Assembly: GCA_002429595.1 (NCBI GenBank)
Contig: DJAM01000020.1
Location: 39,035 to 103,034, forward strand
Direction of reading: 5' to 3'
Length of the DNA: 64,000 bases
Source: Coxiellaceae bacterium UBA6002
GTDB lineage: Bacteria > Pseudomonadota > Gammaproteobacteria > UBA6002
Shown: positions 41,201-50,739 of the stretch, piece after piece
Numbering within the stretch: position 1 is the first letter of the stretch
Layout: each line of letters begins with the position of its first letter
Program-made: the position numbers and the translations under genes
The notes under the pieces: model-generated
The model's database searches: none
The model's input: only the letters and a program-made list of their open reading frames with translations
Told to the model about the DNA's origin: nothing

Positions 41201-41379
41201 TCAACTTCCTCTGGACTTGCACCCGGGTAGGATGTATGCACGACGATCACGGGAAAGGTGACATTTGGAAAAAGATCAACCGGTAAATTACGCAAAGAAA
41301 TGACACCCACGGTCAAGAGCAAGATGACCAAGCAGGTTATAAAAATTGGTCTTCGAATAGCTACTTCTGAAATGTTCAT
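38257..41379 (-). CDS. RND efflux permease (AcrB/HAE1 family)
   Basis: AIRRP, GASPEEVE, GLLVDDAIVVREN, KNSILLVD, RLRPILMTT. Confidence 0.93.
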   Translation of the reverse strand: MNISEVAIRRPIFITCLVILLLTVGVISLRNLPVDLFPNVTFPVIVVHTSYPGASPEEVESLVSKVMEDEINNVPGIKRLCSENTEGRSQIIAEFTNDTDVKYAEQQIRDKINSVKGKLPKDIKEPEIRRVDPSDQPILILALKSTLPRTKLFELADKVIKPQLQQINQVGLIEAHGSSGRQIHVDLDREKLAQRGLSASDVALKIAQAGQNVPIGKVDQGEKEKVFRSVGEFSSIKDIGATTLNFFGNEVPITIDSIANITDGSADILTKTYVNGQPSLILMVYRQSGTNTIEVANLVKKKIAQIQTTLKNQKPAVEISVVRDGSTMIANNVNDVVESILIGILLTIIVVYLFLGSVKSTFITGLSLPTSLIGAFFLMHLAGFSINTMSLLALSLAVGLLVDDAIVVRENIFRHTEKGKNAIEAALSGTKEVFLAVIATSLTVIAVFGPIGFLHGVVGSFFKEFGLTVCFAMIISLFDALTIAPMLSAYIGLARSSHKLNPVVAAFNRFQNNLEILYDKILKLVLRFPLSTLLSALLIFAISVFAAKYVPKTFLPGQDNGEFVISLELPPGANLAAMQAVTEKVDKTIRANHEVATAVAIVGAGGEPNRARFFINMIPSKERKLTTTEFKDKIRKELKQYKEIKVFVKDFDMVGGGERPFNLLLVGGDLRELIKVSTQVFNKIKMNKGLLDPELSYKPGKPEMTIVPDLAKMKMLGVSSTTMGEELRTQIEGTIPAVFRENGQEYDIRVRLKEEQRDLQHYFSDTLVPNMNKSLIKLSEVATPVQGFAPTTIYRKDRQRYIQIAADIAPKGPGIGGLMNEINTYFKNEIKLPPGVTYSFVGQAEDFSELMQNMVIAVVLGILFIYLVLASLYESFITPLTIMLVLPLAACGAFFGLLITRHSLDIFSMIGCILLFGIATKNSILLVDYTKQLMARGIAREEAIIKACVTRLRPILMTTIALIAGMLPIAIGLNEASKQRTSMGIAVIGGLISSTLLTLVVVPAAYSCIERLKIRCKKLFESRKKAVVNELLPEELEAEV

Positions 41380-42815
41380 TAACAAACTCCGTAGGTCTTG
41401 AGTTGTGCAATTAAGGAGTAAATTTCATTTTGGATAACTAACCGAGCGATTTGCGCATTGGCATAGTCTTGTTCGAACATCAGCACTTGATAGGTGGTCG
41501 TTTTGCCATAGGTGAGACGTTCTCTTTCAGCTTGTAATTTTTTAGCCTGAATATTTTCTAATTGTGTTGCGAGATCCAAACGTTTTCTCGCATTATTAAA
41601 TCTAATGTTTAAATCCTGCCATTGTCTTTGATCTTCGAATGCTTTTTGTATAAAGACTTCATGGGCTCCTTTAATTTCCTTCATATAAGCGGACCTAAAC
41701 TGCGCTAGACAACGTAAATCAAGTGGGACTGACAAACGCAAACCAATTGCAGTTGACGGATAATTGTTAGTAAATGACTGTGTAATGGCATTGTTAGCAC
41801 TAGGATCGTTGCCATTGAGCGTATAGCTAGCAAACAAATCAATATTCGGTTTGTTTTTTTCGATACCCAATATGCCATTGGCAATCGCAATTTGTTCAGA
41901 AGCCTTGGCTGCCCTAACATCATCGCGGGGACCAACGTGTTCTGGTAATGCCATCGCCTGACAATCATGATAACTGCATAATGATTCGAAGACTTGGTCC
42001 TGGCATGAGCCGCGCAAGGTGTTAAATGCCCTTGCAGCAAGACAGGCATCATTCAATGCGACTTCAACATCTAATTCTTTTGCTGACACCGCAGCGGCAG
42101 CTTGTAAGGTATCTGCATTTTCGGCTAAGCGAAGATCGGCTCGATGAGCAATCCATTGTTCAATTTTGATGGCTCGACCAAGGCTATCATGTTGAATTGC
42201 AACGATCGCGCGGGCGGTGGCGAGTTGCCAGTATGCTGTTTCAGCTTGTGCCAATAATTGTTTAGTTTTAAATGCTTCCGAAAATTGCGTCAATCTTGCT
42301 TGCGAATCGATTAATTTTTGTGTGGCACGCGTTTCCGCCCCGGCAAAGTTACGTGCTAAAGGCACAGACAATTCTAGAACCGGTGATGATGTTGAAAAAC
42401 TGTTTGGTTGATTTAAGAGCGATGAGACCCCATGTAACTGTTGATGCTGATAATTGTAATAAAGCTTACCTTGTACCCCATAAGGCGTAGTTTGGCTAAT
42501 TCCCGCTTGATAGGTTTGTAATTCATTCGATGTGCCTGCCACTGTACCCCAAGCTGGGTTGTAAGTATTGGTAAGGTATTGACCTTCTGCAAAAAATTTA
42601 GGGCGCATGATGAGCTTACCTTCGCCCACGCGTTGCCTTGCTCCCATTGCAATCAGGGTTGAACCGTGTAAGCCACGGTTATAGGCACAAACCTGATTTA
42701 AGTAGTCATTTAAGGAAAGTGCGCAGGTTTTAGCGGAAGCGTTGATGGTAATGGCTAATAAAAAAGCAAAGCTAAGAAACCAACAGCATCTTTTTATTAT
42801 TATTCTAAGGTACAT
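41379..42815 (-). CDS. TolC family outer membrane efflux protein
   Basis: Signal peptide, helical OEP repeats (AETAYWQL, ERLTYGKTTTYQVL); TAATG coupling to the RND gene. Confidence 0.85.
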   Translation of the reverse strand: MYLRIIIKRCCWFLSFAFLLAITINASAKTCALSLNDYLNQVCAYNRGLHGSTLIAMGARQRVGEGKLIMRPKFFAEGQYLTNTYNPAWGTVAGTSNELQTYQAGISQTTPYGVQGKLYYNYQHQQLHGVSSLLNQPNSFSTSSPVLELSVPLARNFAGAETRATQKLIDSQARLTQFSEAFKTKQLLAQAETAYWQLATARAIVAIQHDSLGRAIKIEQWIAHRADLRLAENADTLQAAAAVSAKELDVEVALNDACLAARAFNTLRGSCQDQVFESLCSYHDCQAMALPEHVGPRDDVRAAKASEQIAIANGILGIEKNKPNIDLFASYTLNGNDPSANNAITQSFTNNYPSTAIGLRLSVPLDLRCLAQFRSAYMKEIKGAHEVFIQKAFEDQRQWQDLNIRFNNARKRLDLATQLENIQAKKLQAERERLTYGKTTTYQVLMFEQDYANAQIARLVIQNEIYSLIAQLKTYGVC

Positions 42816-42963
42816 GGTGTTTCCAATTGGTAAAGCAAGTAATTTGGGTTACGGACACTTAACAAAGCTAGGATGTTAAAAGATGTAAGAGGCAGCAAAA
42901 ACAAAAAGCAATATTAATGAATTTCGTTTCTATTTTCAATATTGATTTATGAAATAAGTTAAA

Positions 42964-42993
42964 TGAGATATCGGGCGTAGCCCCGATATCTCA
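42964..42993. terminator. Hairpin downstream of the PRC-barrel gene
   Basis: TGAGATATCGGG...CCCGATATCTCA. Confidence 0.7.
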
Positions 42994-43001
42994 AAATAGC
43001 T

Positions 43002-43349
43002 TTACCATCTTTGGTAGTATTCGGTGATATTGGTTTGCCATTTGGGATCAGTCATGTCTGGCCAATGATTTTTATCAAAGCCAGGCATATCTTTGAAACG
43101 TTCTTTAGAAACATTCAACACAATGCACTTGTGGTTTTGATCAATGTGCAATTTGCGCCAGGGTATAGCGAATAGTTTATCTCCAATGCCGAAGAAGCCA
43201 CCAAAAGAAAGCACGGCGTAAGCCACATTGCCAGATTCTAAATCGATCATAATTTCTTCGAGCTTGCCGATTTTTTTGCCATCGGCATTTTCCACTGCAT
43301 CACCAATTAAAGTACTACAGGATAAAACGTTACGAATTTCACTTCTCAT
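43002..43349 (-). CDS. PRC-barrel domain protein
   Basis: LIGDAV.N..G..IG, YAVLSFGGFFGIGDKLFAIPW, PGFDKNHWP. Confidence 0.9.
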   Translation of the reverse strand: MRSEIRNVLSCSTLIGDAVENADGKKIGKLEEIMIDLESGNVAYAVLSFGGFFGIGDKLFAIPWRKLHIDQNHKCIVLNVSKERFKDMPGFDKNHWPDMTDPKWQTNITEYYQRW

Positions 43350-43361
43350 AAGCTTCTCCTA

Positions 43362-43514
43362 TTAAACTCTTCCAAGTAACATTAATATGATTAAAATTAT
43401 TAGGATTAGGCCAATAAAACCGCCTGGCCAATAACCCCAGGCGCGGCTGTAGGGCCACACAGGTAATGCACCTAATAAGATGATGATCAATATAATGAGT
43501 AATAACGTGCCCAT
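43362..43514 (-). CDS. DUF3309 family small membrane protein (50 aa, absent from the ORF track)
   Basis: MGTLLLIILIIILLGALPVWPYSRAWGYWPGGFIG...LLGRV; AAGGAG RBS. Confidence 0.85.
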   Translation of the reverse strand: MGTLLLIILIIILLGALPVWPYSRAWGYWPGGFIGLILIILIILMLLGRV

Positions 43515-43634
43515 TAGGATTTCTCCTTATAGTAAGCCTAATAATATTATAAGTTATAAGACGGACAATTTTTGGTACATATTATTAAAAATTGGTGTTA
43601 CTATTTGCAGCTTTTAGTCATTGAGGGACAACAA

Positions 43635-44366
43635 ATGAAGATTTTGTGCGTCATTCCTAGTCGGATCGGTTCAACGCGTTTAGCCAGAAAGCCGTTGTTA
43701 CCAATTCAAGGTAAACCGATGATTCAGTGGGTCTATGAAGCCGCCACAAAATGTGATTTTATCAGCGAAGTAGTCGTTGCTACTGATCACGAAGAGATTG
43801 CGGCTGTCATAACACAACAGGGTGGTAAAGCACTGCTAACCCCGGTGGATATCCCGACTGGCAGTGACCGAGTAGCATTGGTAGCAGCTCAATATTCTGA
43901 CGTAGATGTAGTCATTAACCTACAAGGTGACGAACCGTTTATCCAACCGACTATGCTAAAGCAGTTAGTTACTCCTTATTTAGAAGGTGAAATGCCGGCA
44001 ATGACAACGTTGGCTTATCCTTTGAATTTTGAGCAGTCCTATCAAAATCCAAACTTTGTCAAAGTTATTACTGACGTCTCACATAATGCAATTTATTTTT
44101 CACGTGCGCCAATACCACATTTTCGCCAGCAAGTAGCAGTTCCTGTCTACCATCACGTAGGTCTTTATGCGTTTACCAGGGAGTTTTTATTGCGGTACAC
44201 TCAATTAAAACCAACGCCGTTAGAGCAAGCGGAAGGTTTGGAACAACTGCGAGTGATTGAACACGGCTATAAAATTCGAGTTTGTTTGACGCAAAGAAAT
44301 TCCCTAGAAGTCAATACCCCTGAAGAATATTCACAAGCGCAACTTTTTGTGGTCGAAAATTCCTAA
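43635..44366 (+). CDS. kdsB: 3-deoxy-manno-octulosonate cytidylyltransferase
   Basis: IPSRIGSTRL..KPL, TGSDR, NLQGDEP, YFSRAPIP, LEQAEGLEQLR. Confidence 0.95.
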   Translation: MKILCVIPSRIGSTRLARKPLLPIQGKPMIQWVYEAATKCDFISEVVVATDHEEIAAVITQQGGKALLTPVDIPTGSDRVALVAAQYSDVDVVINLQGDEPFIQPTMLKQLVTPYLEGEMPAMTTLAYPLNFEQSYQNPNFVKVITDVSHNAIYFSRAPIPHFRQQVAVPVYHHVGLYAFTREFLLRYTQLKPTPLEQAEGLEQLRVIEHGYKIRVCLTQRNSLEVNTPEEYSQAQLFVVENS

Positions 44367-44439
44367 CGATTTAAAAAATATTTAACTTATCTTTGGTTAA
44401 TCGTCTACTGATAGACTATCGTTATAAGGTAAGCAGTTC

Positions 44440-47085
44440 TTGATCGCGCTCAGGGATGATCAAATGATAAGGTTAAAGAAGGACACCTGGAACTATCTTT
44501 TTTTTTCAATGATTGCAGCGCAGATTGCTATCTTGATCGGGCTAATAGGCGTTTTAAATTCTCTTACCCATTATTTTTTTAACACCCACCTAATGTATAG
44601 CAGCCTTAATTTAAATCTGAATGTGGCAGCAGGATTTATCCTAAGTGGTATTGCCTTGTGGCTTAGCCGATCGCCTAGGGAAAATAATAAACAATCAGGC
44701 ATTGCCAGTCTATTTATGGTCTTAATTTTTATCTTCAGTTTACTGAGCGTCATTGACTATATTACGCCTCATGTGCAATTCGATGAAATTTTAATGCAGG
44801 ATAACGATCCGCTAACTTTAAGACCGGGTCATATGCCTTTGTTGTCTGCGATTAGTTTTGGTTTGTTATGCTTTACTTTTTTTATGCAACAATGGCGAGG
44901 TCATTTTCTGTTCCGCCAAATACCACTTTGTATCGTCATGATCATTGCGACCTTTGAACTGATTGGTTATCTTTTCGATTTAAGTGGTGTTATTAATTTT
45001 CTTTTTCAGCTTCCAAATCATATTCACATGGCACTTTTGTCAACTGTGGCATTTATTTTTCTAGCACTTGGTTTTTTGGTCTTGGATCGCAATGAAGGTC
45101 TTCCCAAAATTGTATTAAGTAGATATATCGGCGGTTTAATCATACGAAGAATAACGCCATTTATTATAATTGGTCCGATTGTGGTTGGTCTCTTAAAAAT
45201 TTTGGGTGAATCGTTAGGTTTATTTGCATTTGAGCTAGGCACGCTGTGGCTCATCGTCGGTATAATTGTGTTGTTATCGATTGCTTTGTTATATGAGGCA
45301 AATTGGCTTAATCATTTAGATCGAAAACGTATTAAAGATGAAGAATTTTTAAAATCGGTTCTTGAAAGTACTAACAATGTTATTTTCATCAAAAATTTGC
45401 AAGGTGAATACCAACTTATTAATCATCAATTTGAAATTATAATGAATCAAACTAAAGATAAATTAATTGGTAAAACAGATTACGATCTTTTCGATCCTGA
45501 GTTGGCTCAAACAATAGTGATGACTGATCATAAAGTAGCAAAAAGCCAAGAGATGGTTGTCGTCGAAGAAAAAATCCTTTTAAAAGATGGTCTTCATACC
45601 TATTTGACTAATAAATTTCCTATCATAGATGAGAATAATACTGTTCATGCTATCGGTGGGATCGCCATTGAAATTACGGAACAAAAACGAGCTGAAGAAC
45701 GTTTTAAAACAATTATTGAAGCGGCACCTGATGGCATCATCATCATTAATCGCGCTGGTGATATTGTGTTAATTAATAAACGTATAGAAGAGATGTTTGG
45801 CTTTAAAGGTATTGAAGTATTAGGTCATTGCATTGAAACGCTCATTCCCAATATTTTTAAGCTGGTAGGAGAGCAGCACAAGGGAAATTTTTTTGATTTT
45901 ATTGCGTCTCATTCTCTCATTGAAAAAGAATTAGTCGTCAAAAGTAAATATGATCAATTGCTACCCATAGAGGTGAATATCAGTCCGATCGAAACCACAG
46001 AAGGAAAAGCGGCTCTTGCGACGGTTCGCGATATCACCCACCGCAAAGCGATTGAAGAAAAAAATCAACTCAATTTAAAACAACTGAAAAAAACACATCG
46101 AGAACTTAATTTATTGAATGAATTTGGTTCAAATATGCAAGTATGCAAAAAAATCGATGAAGCTGGTCGTTTAGTGGCTAATTATGCAGCTCACCTTTTT
46201 CCTAGATGTGCCGGTGTGTTATATCTTTGCGATGCTGATTTAAAAATGCTACACGCTGTGACGTCTTTTAATAATCCGAAGCTAACTGAAACAACATTAA
46301 AACCTGAAGATTGTTGGGCGATAAGAATAGGCAATTTACATTATGTAGAAAATCCTAAAAAAGATATTGTCTGTCCTCATAATATGAATCTTGGTGTGGA
46401 TGGTCCAAGCTTCATGTGTGTGCCTTTGTATGCTCAAGGTGTCATTATGGGCGTTTTTTATCTCGAACAAACAAGTGCCGAAAATCAAGTCAGTGCGCTC
46501 AAAAACCAAGAAATTCTAGCGAGTACTTTTTGCGAACAAATTGCTTTGGGCTTAACAAATATTAAACTGCAAGAAACGCTAAGAGAACAATCCATCCGGG
46601 ACGTTTTGACCGGTCTTTATAACAGACGTTATCTAGAAGAAATTTTTGAAAGAGAACTCATCCGACTAAAAAGAAACCCAGTACCACTGACGATTATTAT
46701 GTTCGACATCGATCATTTTAAAGACTTTAACGATGCTTATGGCCATAAAGCGGGAGATGTAGTGTTACAAGCATTAGCGGCACTCATTTCTGAAAAAATG
46801 CGGGCCAGTGATATCATTTGTCGTTACGGTGGTGAGGAATTCATTATTGTTCTACCTGAAACTTCAATTGGAACGGGCTGGCAACGCGCTGAACAATTGC
46901 GTCGCCATGTCACAGAAATGCGAGCTTATTATAATAACTCAAGCTTAAAGATTACGATTTCACTTGGTGTTGCCTCCTACCCAGAACATGGTACGCAAAT
47001 GATCGATTTAATTGCCGCTGCTGACATTGCCTTGTATGAGGCGAAGAAGAAGGGCGGCGATACGACTGTTATTTATAGTAGGTAG
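44440..47085 (+). CDS. Membrane-bound PAS-PAS-GAF diguanylate cyclase
   Basis: N-terminal TM helices, two PAS-like domains, RDVLTGLYNRR, DIDHFK, RYGGEEF, RxxD I-site (RASD); start may be 44464. Confidence 0.92.
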   Translation: MIALRDDQMIRLKKDTWNYLFFSMIAAQIAILIGLIGVLNSLTHYFFNTHLMYSSLNLNLNVAAGFILSGIALWLSRSPRENNKQSGIASLFMVLIFIFSLLSVIDYITPHVQFDEILMQDNDPLTLRPGHMPLLSAISFGLLCFTFFMQQWRGHFLFRQIPLCIVMIIATFELIGYLFDLSGVINFLFQLPNHIHMALLSTVAFIFLALGFLVLDRNEGLPKIVLSRYIGGLIIRRITPFIIIGPIVVGLLKILGESLGLFAFELGTLWLIVGIIVLLSIALLYEANWLNHLDRKRIKDEEFLKSVLESTNNVIFIKNLQGEYQLINHQFEIIMNQTKDKLIGKTDYDLFDPELAQTIVMTDHKVAKSQEMVVVEEKILLKDGLHTYLTNKFPIIDENNTVHAIGGIAIEITEQKRAEERFKTIIEAAPDGIIIINRAGDIVLINKRIEEMFGFKGIEVLGHCIETLIPNIFKLVGEQHKGNFFDFIASHSLIEKELVVKSKYDQLLPIEVNISPIETTEGKAALATVRDITHRKAIEEKNQLNLKQLKKTHRELNLLNEFGSNMQVCKKIDEAGRLVANYAAHLFPRCAGVLYLCDADLKMLHAVTSFNNPKLTETTLKPEDCWAIRIGNLHYVENPKKDIVCPHNMNLGVDGPSFMCVPLYAQGVIMGVFYLEQTSAENQVSALKNQEILASTFCEQIALGLTNIKLQETLREQSIRDVLTGLYNRRYLEEIFERELIRLKRNPVPLTIIMFDIDHFKDFNDAYGHKAGDVVLQALAALISEKMRASDIICRYGGEEFIIVLPETSIGTGWQRAEQLRRHVTEMRAYYNNSSLKITISLGVASYPEHGTQMIDLIAAADIALYEAKKKGGDTTVIYSR

Positions 47086-47189
47086 TTCCATAAGGCGCTA
47101 AAGGGGATGGCCCAAAGCTCTTCACCAAATGCATCGGTTAACTCGCCGGTATAAAGAGTGATACCCCATCGCCACTCACCTGTGTGAAA
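47073..47189 (-). pseudogene. C-terminal remnant of an AAA_14/DUF4143-type ATP-binding protein
   Basis: Start-less frame WGITLYTGELTDAFGEELWAIPFSALW resembles that family's GxxLYTG..FG..LWAxPxSxLW tail. Confidence 0.5.
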
Positions 47190-47377
47190 GGGTATAACTA
47201 TAACTTATACCCCGCGATTTTTAAAAAATTGATGCCGCAACTTTATAACTTATGTATCGGACACCTTGCTGACTATAGCTAGCTATATCTTTATTTGAAA
47301 CAGACCGACCACAAAGTAGGTAATTACGAATAAAAAGTATACAATAGCCAGATTTTGTATCAACTAAGAGTATCTCA

Positions 47378-47545
47378 ATGTCTATGGATTTCGAAGAAAA
47401 GCATGACTGTGGTTGCGATCATCACGATGACGACCATACTCACGAAGGTGGCACCTACTTAAGATCAACACCAAAGTTAGGCCGTAATGATCCCTGTGTT
47501 TGTGGCAGTGGTAAGAAATACAAGAAGTGTTGTTTAGTTTTATAA
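47378..47545 (+). CDS. 55-aa SEC-C motif metal-binding protein (absent from the ORF track)
   Basis: [15 protein letters not shown]...[20 protein letters not shown]. Confidence 0.88.
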   Translation: MSMDFEEKHDCGCDHHDDDHTHEGGTYLRSTPKLGRNDPCVCGSGKKYKKCCLVL

Positions 47546-47581
47546 AAATATTGCTCTTCTCGGCGACATTTTCTTAATTTT

Positions 47582-47612
47582 CTGAGCCGATTAATTGTGC
47601 TAATCGGCTCAG
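47582..47612. terminator. Hairpin / likely terminator
   Basis: CTGAGCCGATTA...TAATCGGCTCAG. Confidence 0.65.
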
Positions 47613-47866
47613 TATGGATATTCATCTTTATCAAATGCAGTGAATTGATTCCTTTTTTGAACGGATAAGTGAGCCATTAAATCGAATCTAGGAAATAAAA
47701 GCTGCATTTAACACTGAAGTTCTACTCTGAAGAAACTATCTTCACAGCACCTCAGAGTTATTTTCAGAGCATAGCAAATTAGTATTGTTTGGATTAAGCT
47801 CTGAAGTTATTACTGAGTATGTTCTTGTACCATCGCTTGATGTAGTTGATTTCGAAACTTCTTTTC

Positions 47867-48952
47867 TTATATCTTTTCATTAGAAATCAATCCCAATTCT
47901 TTTAGAATTTCTGCTTCGAGCTCTTTGGGTTGAGGAAGTTTGCCAACGAGTTCTTGTGGTAAAGTTTGAGTCAGCTTAAACTCTGAAACGCCAATAGGTT
48001 TTTCAATTCCTCTTAATGCATATTCAACATCAATACGGTTACGTTCTGAACATAGAATAATACCAATAGAAGGGTTTTCCCAAGATTCTTTTATAACATC
48101 ATCCAACAAATTCAATTGATAATTCATTCTACCGATATATTCTGGTTTAAATGCACCAACTTTGAGCTCTAGTGCAACGAGACTTTGCAGGCGCCTATTA
48201 AAAAAAAGAAGATCGACGAATGTTTCTGAACCACTGGGTGAAACAAGCCGATACTGGTTACCAATAAAGGTAAAACCGTAGCCGAGCTCTAACATAACGT
48301 CCTTAATCTTAGCCACCATTTGCTGTTCCATTTCAACTTCTACAATTGGACGTGTTAAGCCTAGGGTTTCAAATAAGTAAACATCTTTAAGTGTGTTGTC
48401 AGCGTGCCTCGCTAAATGCTTGGGTAACACTTGTTCAAAATTATGCTGTTTAGATACTAAAACTCGCTTTTCATAAGCTTGAGCATTGATTTGATGTATT
48501 AAGGAGTCACGTGTCCAATTCATTTCCTGTGTCGCTTGAATATAGTATTGTTTGGCCTCAATATCCTTTACCTTGTTTAAAATTACTAAATGTTGTCCCC
48601 AGGGTATTTCTGCGACAGATTGTCGCAGATTTGGGTAATCTTTATAAGTGAGGTAAAATCGTCGCATATCCCACAGATTTCTTGCTGAGAAACCATGAGG
48701 TGCTTCTGGGAAAGTGCTTTTTAAATCTCTGGCAAGCCGTTCTATAATAGATTTCCCCCACCCATATTTATCCTGGGCCTCAATAATTTTTTGGCCAAGC
48801 CACCAATAAAGATTGATATGTTCTTGGCAGGCTGCTCTTGCAATACTAACCCGAGTTGAAACAATTTTGGTTTTTGTAACATCCAAAAGCTCCATATAAC
48901 GTTGATCATGAGGATCAAATAAATCGGCGTCTTTTTTTTGAGAGTTCGACAT
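47867..48952 (-). CDS. DUF1016/YhcG family PD-(D/E)XK nuclease
   Basis: YWWLG, WGKSII, GFSARNLWDMRRFY, LELGYGFTFIGNQ, DLLFFNRRL, ELKVGAFKPEY. Confidence 0.92.
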   Translation of the reverse strand: MSNSQKKDADLFDPHDQRYMELLDVTKTKIVSTRVSIARAACQEHINLYWWLGQKIIEAQDKYGWGKSIIERLARDLKSTFPEAPHGFSARNLWDMRRFYLTYKDYPNLRQSVAEIPWGQHLVILNKVKDIEAKQYYIQATQEMNWTRDSLIHQINAQAYEKRVLVSKQHNFEQVLPKHLARHADNTLKDVYLFETLGLTRPIVEVEMEQQMVAKIKDVMLELGYGFTFIGNQYRLVSPSGSETFVDLLFFNRRLQSLVALELKVGAFKPEYIGRMNYQLNLLDDVIKESWENPSIGIILCSERNRIDVEYALRGIEKPIGVSEFKLTQTLPQELVGKLPQPKELEAEILKELGLISNEKI

Positions 48953-49109
48953 ACATCGTTCCTGTTTTTTAGTTTGATTAAGATAGCAACAGATTTGCCA
49001 AGACATTTATACAAAGTAGAGTCTTTGATATATGGTTCAGTAGTTTTGGCACTTTGATGTATAATTTTAAAGAATGTTATGAAAACAACAAAGAGAATAA
49101 TTACTATTT

Positions 49110-50095
49110 TTAAGTCTCATATTGAGCAATTTGCTTTATAGCAATGTGCAACTTCTCAAGATCATTTGTTTCCTCTAAGGGAAAACTTTCAGAAATTTTT
49201 CCATTAGTAATGGAAGGCAGTAAAGCCTCACAGGAACGTCTTGGCCAGTTCCATAAGCGTGAATGTTCAAAACAATTTGAGATTACAGAATGAAAAGTAG
49301 GTGTAAAGTTTTTCCAACGTTGTTCTAGCTGATCAGGGCAAAGAATATCGATAATTTCAATATATTCAAAGTTACGTTTGGAATTACTGAACCAAGCCTT
49401 TTTAAGCAATTCCACCGCTTCTAGATCTGAATGTGGTGCACCATAACCAAAAATTGTTACGGTGAAAGCATTAGCGAATAAATAGCTAGCCCTTTCCCAG
49501 CTCGTAGCAGTATATTTATTAGTTTCAAAATAGTTTTTCTTTGCTACGGGGTAAATTAAGGGAACATTTAGATAGTCTTCATTGCAAATAGGACATAGTT
49601 GTGATCTTCTTCCCAATTTTCCGCACTTTTCACATACGCCTATTCGGACATTGCCATGAAGAAAATAAATTTGCGGTAGCTCGATCTCAATATTGCGATT
49701 ACGTTGGTACGCATCAAATAAGAACGGGTCCCAATTAAAACTCAAAATAGCATCTTTGCTTCGTAACGAGAGGAGAAGCTTGTCATAAATTGTTACTGTT
49801 TCCGGTAAAGTTAAAGAATAAAAATACTCAAAGACGGCCTCTTCAATTTTTTTCTTAAGGTCATTATTTTGTATATTACTGTAAATATCTTCAAAGTTAC
49901 CAGTTGGTGTTAAGTTATTAGTTTCAAACAAATCTTTTAGATTAACAACTTCAACTAAATTATTCATAACAGGTAGTTTTTTTTATGCAAATCACCTTCA
50001 GGAAATGCGGCAACACTGGCACCTGCACCTAGTAATACAATATGAGGTTTAGTACCATTAGGATTTTTAATTAAAGTTTCTTTTTTTACAATCAT
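49110..50095 (-). pseudogene. SIR2-like domain protein split by a frameshift in an A8 tract
   Basis: N-part PHIVLLGAGASVAAFPEGD; C-part SFNWD, LHGNV, FGYGAP.SD; one extra A in T8 at 49977-49984 restores HKKKLPVMNN. Confidence 0.75.
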
Positions 50096-50115
50096 ATAAA
50101 TAATGAATAAAAATA

Positions 50116-50150
50116 CTTCCCCACTTGGACATGATACCCAAGTGGGGAAG
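50116..50150. terminator. Hairpin after the DUF4142 gene
   Basis: CTTCCCCACTTGG...CCAAGTGGGGAAG. Confidence 0.75.
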
Positions 50151-50155
50151 GTCAA

Positions 50156-50716
50156 CTATTGCAGTGAATTCTGCACGCTTTTAGCTTTTTCTAAATGGCC
50201 ATTCACCGTGTTGCTCGTTTCTTCTAAGAATTTTTTAAGATCAGGGTTGCTTATTGTTTGAATTTTTTCTTGAAGGGCTTTTAAAGCACCGGCATGTCCT
50301 TCTACCATCGCCTTGATGTAAGTCACTTCAAAATCGCGTCCTTGTAGTGCTTTTAATGAGTCTAATTCATCTTTGCCTTTTTCTTTGAGTGCTTTGGATT
50401 CATCGGAAGGGGCCGGCGCGATATGGTCTTTTTTGCTAAGCGCTTTAAGAGCTTGGAGATTCTTAGAGTGGTCATGGACCATTTGTTTAGCAAATGCTTT
50501 GACGCTTGGACTAACCTGTCGACTTAAGACTAGTTTTGCTGCTGCAATTTCATTTTGGTTAAGCGTCATCAACCATGCGGCGACTTGATTGTCTTGATTT
50601 TGATTGGTTGACGCTTGGATGCTTTGGGGAGCGGTGTTCGGTTGATTTTCTAAAGCGAAGGAAGGGGAAACAACAAAGCCTAAGGTGGCGATGGTTAAGA
50701 CGCCTAACAGTTTCAT
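50156..50716 (-). CDS. DUF4142 domain exported protein
   Basis: Signal peptide, NEIAAA, VKAFAKQMVHDH, G.DF..Y..MV.GH, HLEKAK. Confidence 0.88.
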   Translation of the reverse strand: MKLLGVLTIATLGFVVSPSFALENQPNTAPQSIQASTNQNQDNQVAAWLMTLNQNEIAAAKLVLSRQVSPSVKAFAKQMVHDHSKNLQALKALSKKDHIAPAPSDESKALKEKGKDELDSLKALQGRDFEVTYIKAMVEGHAGALKALQEKIQTISNPDLKKFLEETSNTVNGHLEKAKSVQNSLQ

Positions 50717-50739
50717 GGGTTACTCCTTGTTGATAAATT

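Noticed and set aside
47086-47270. Riboswitch, 6S, tmRNA or retron-like ncRNA after the diguanylate cyclase
   Set aside because: No conserved motifs of those RNAs were recognised; the GC-richer part is better explained as a minus-strand coding remnant
47613-47866. AT-rich stretch with short minus-strand reading frames
   Set aside because: Interrupted by stops, with no recognisable family; possibly decayed DNA but unsupported
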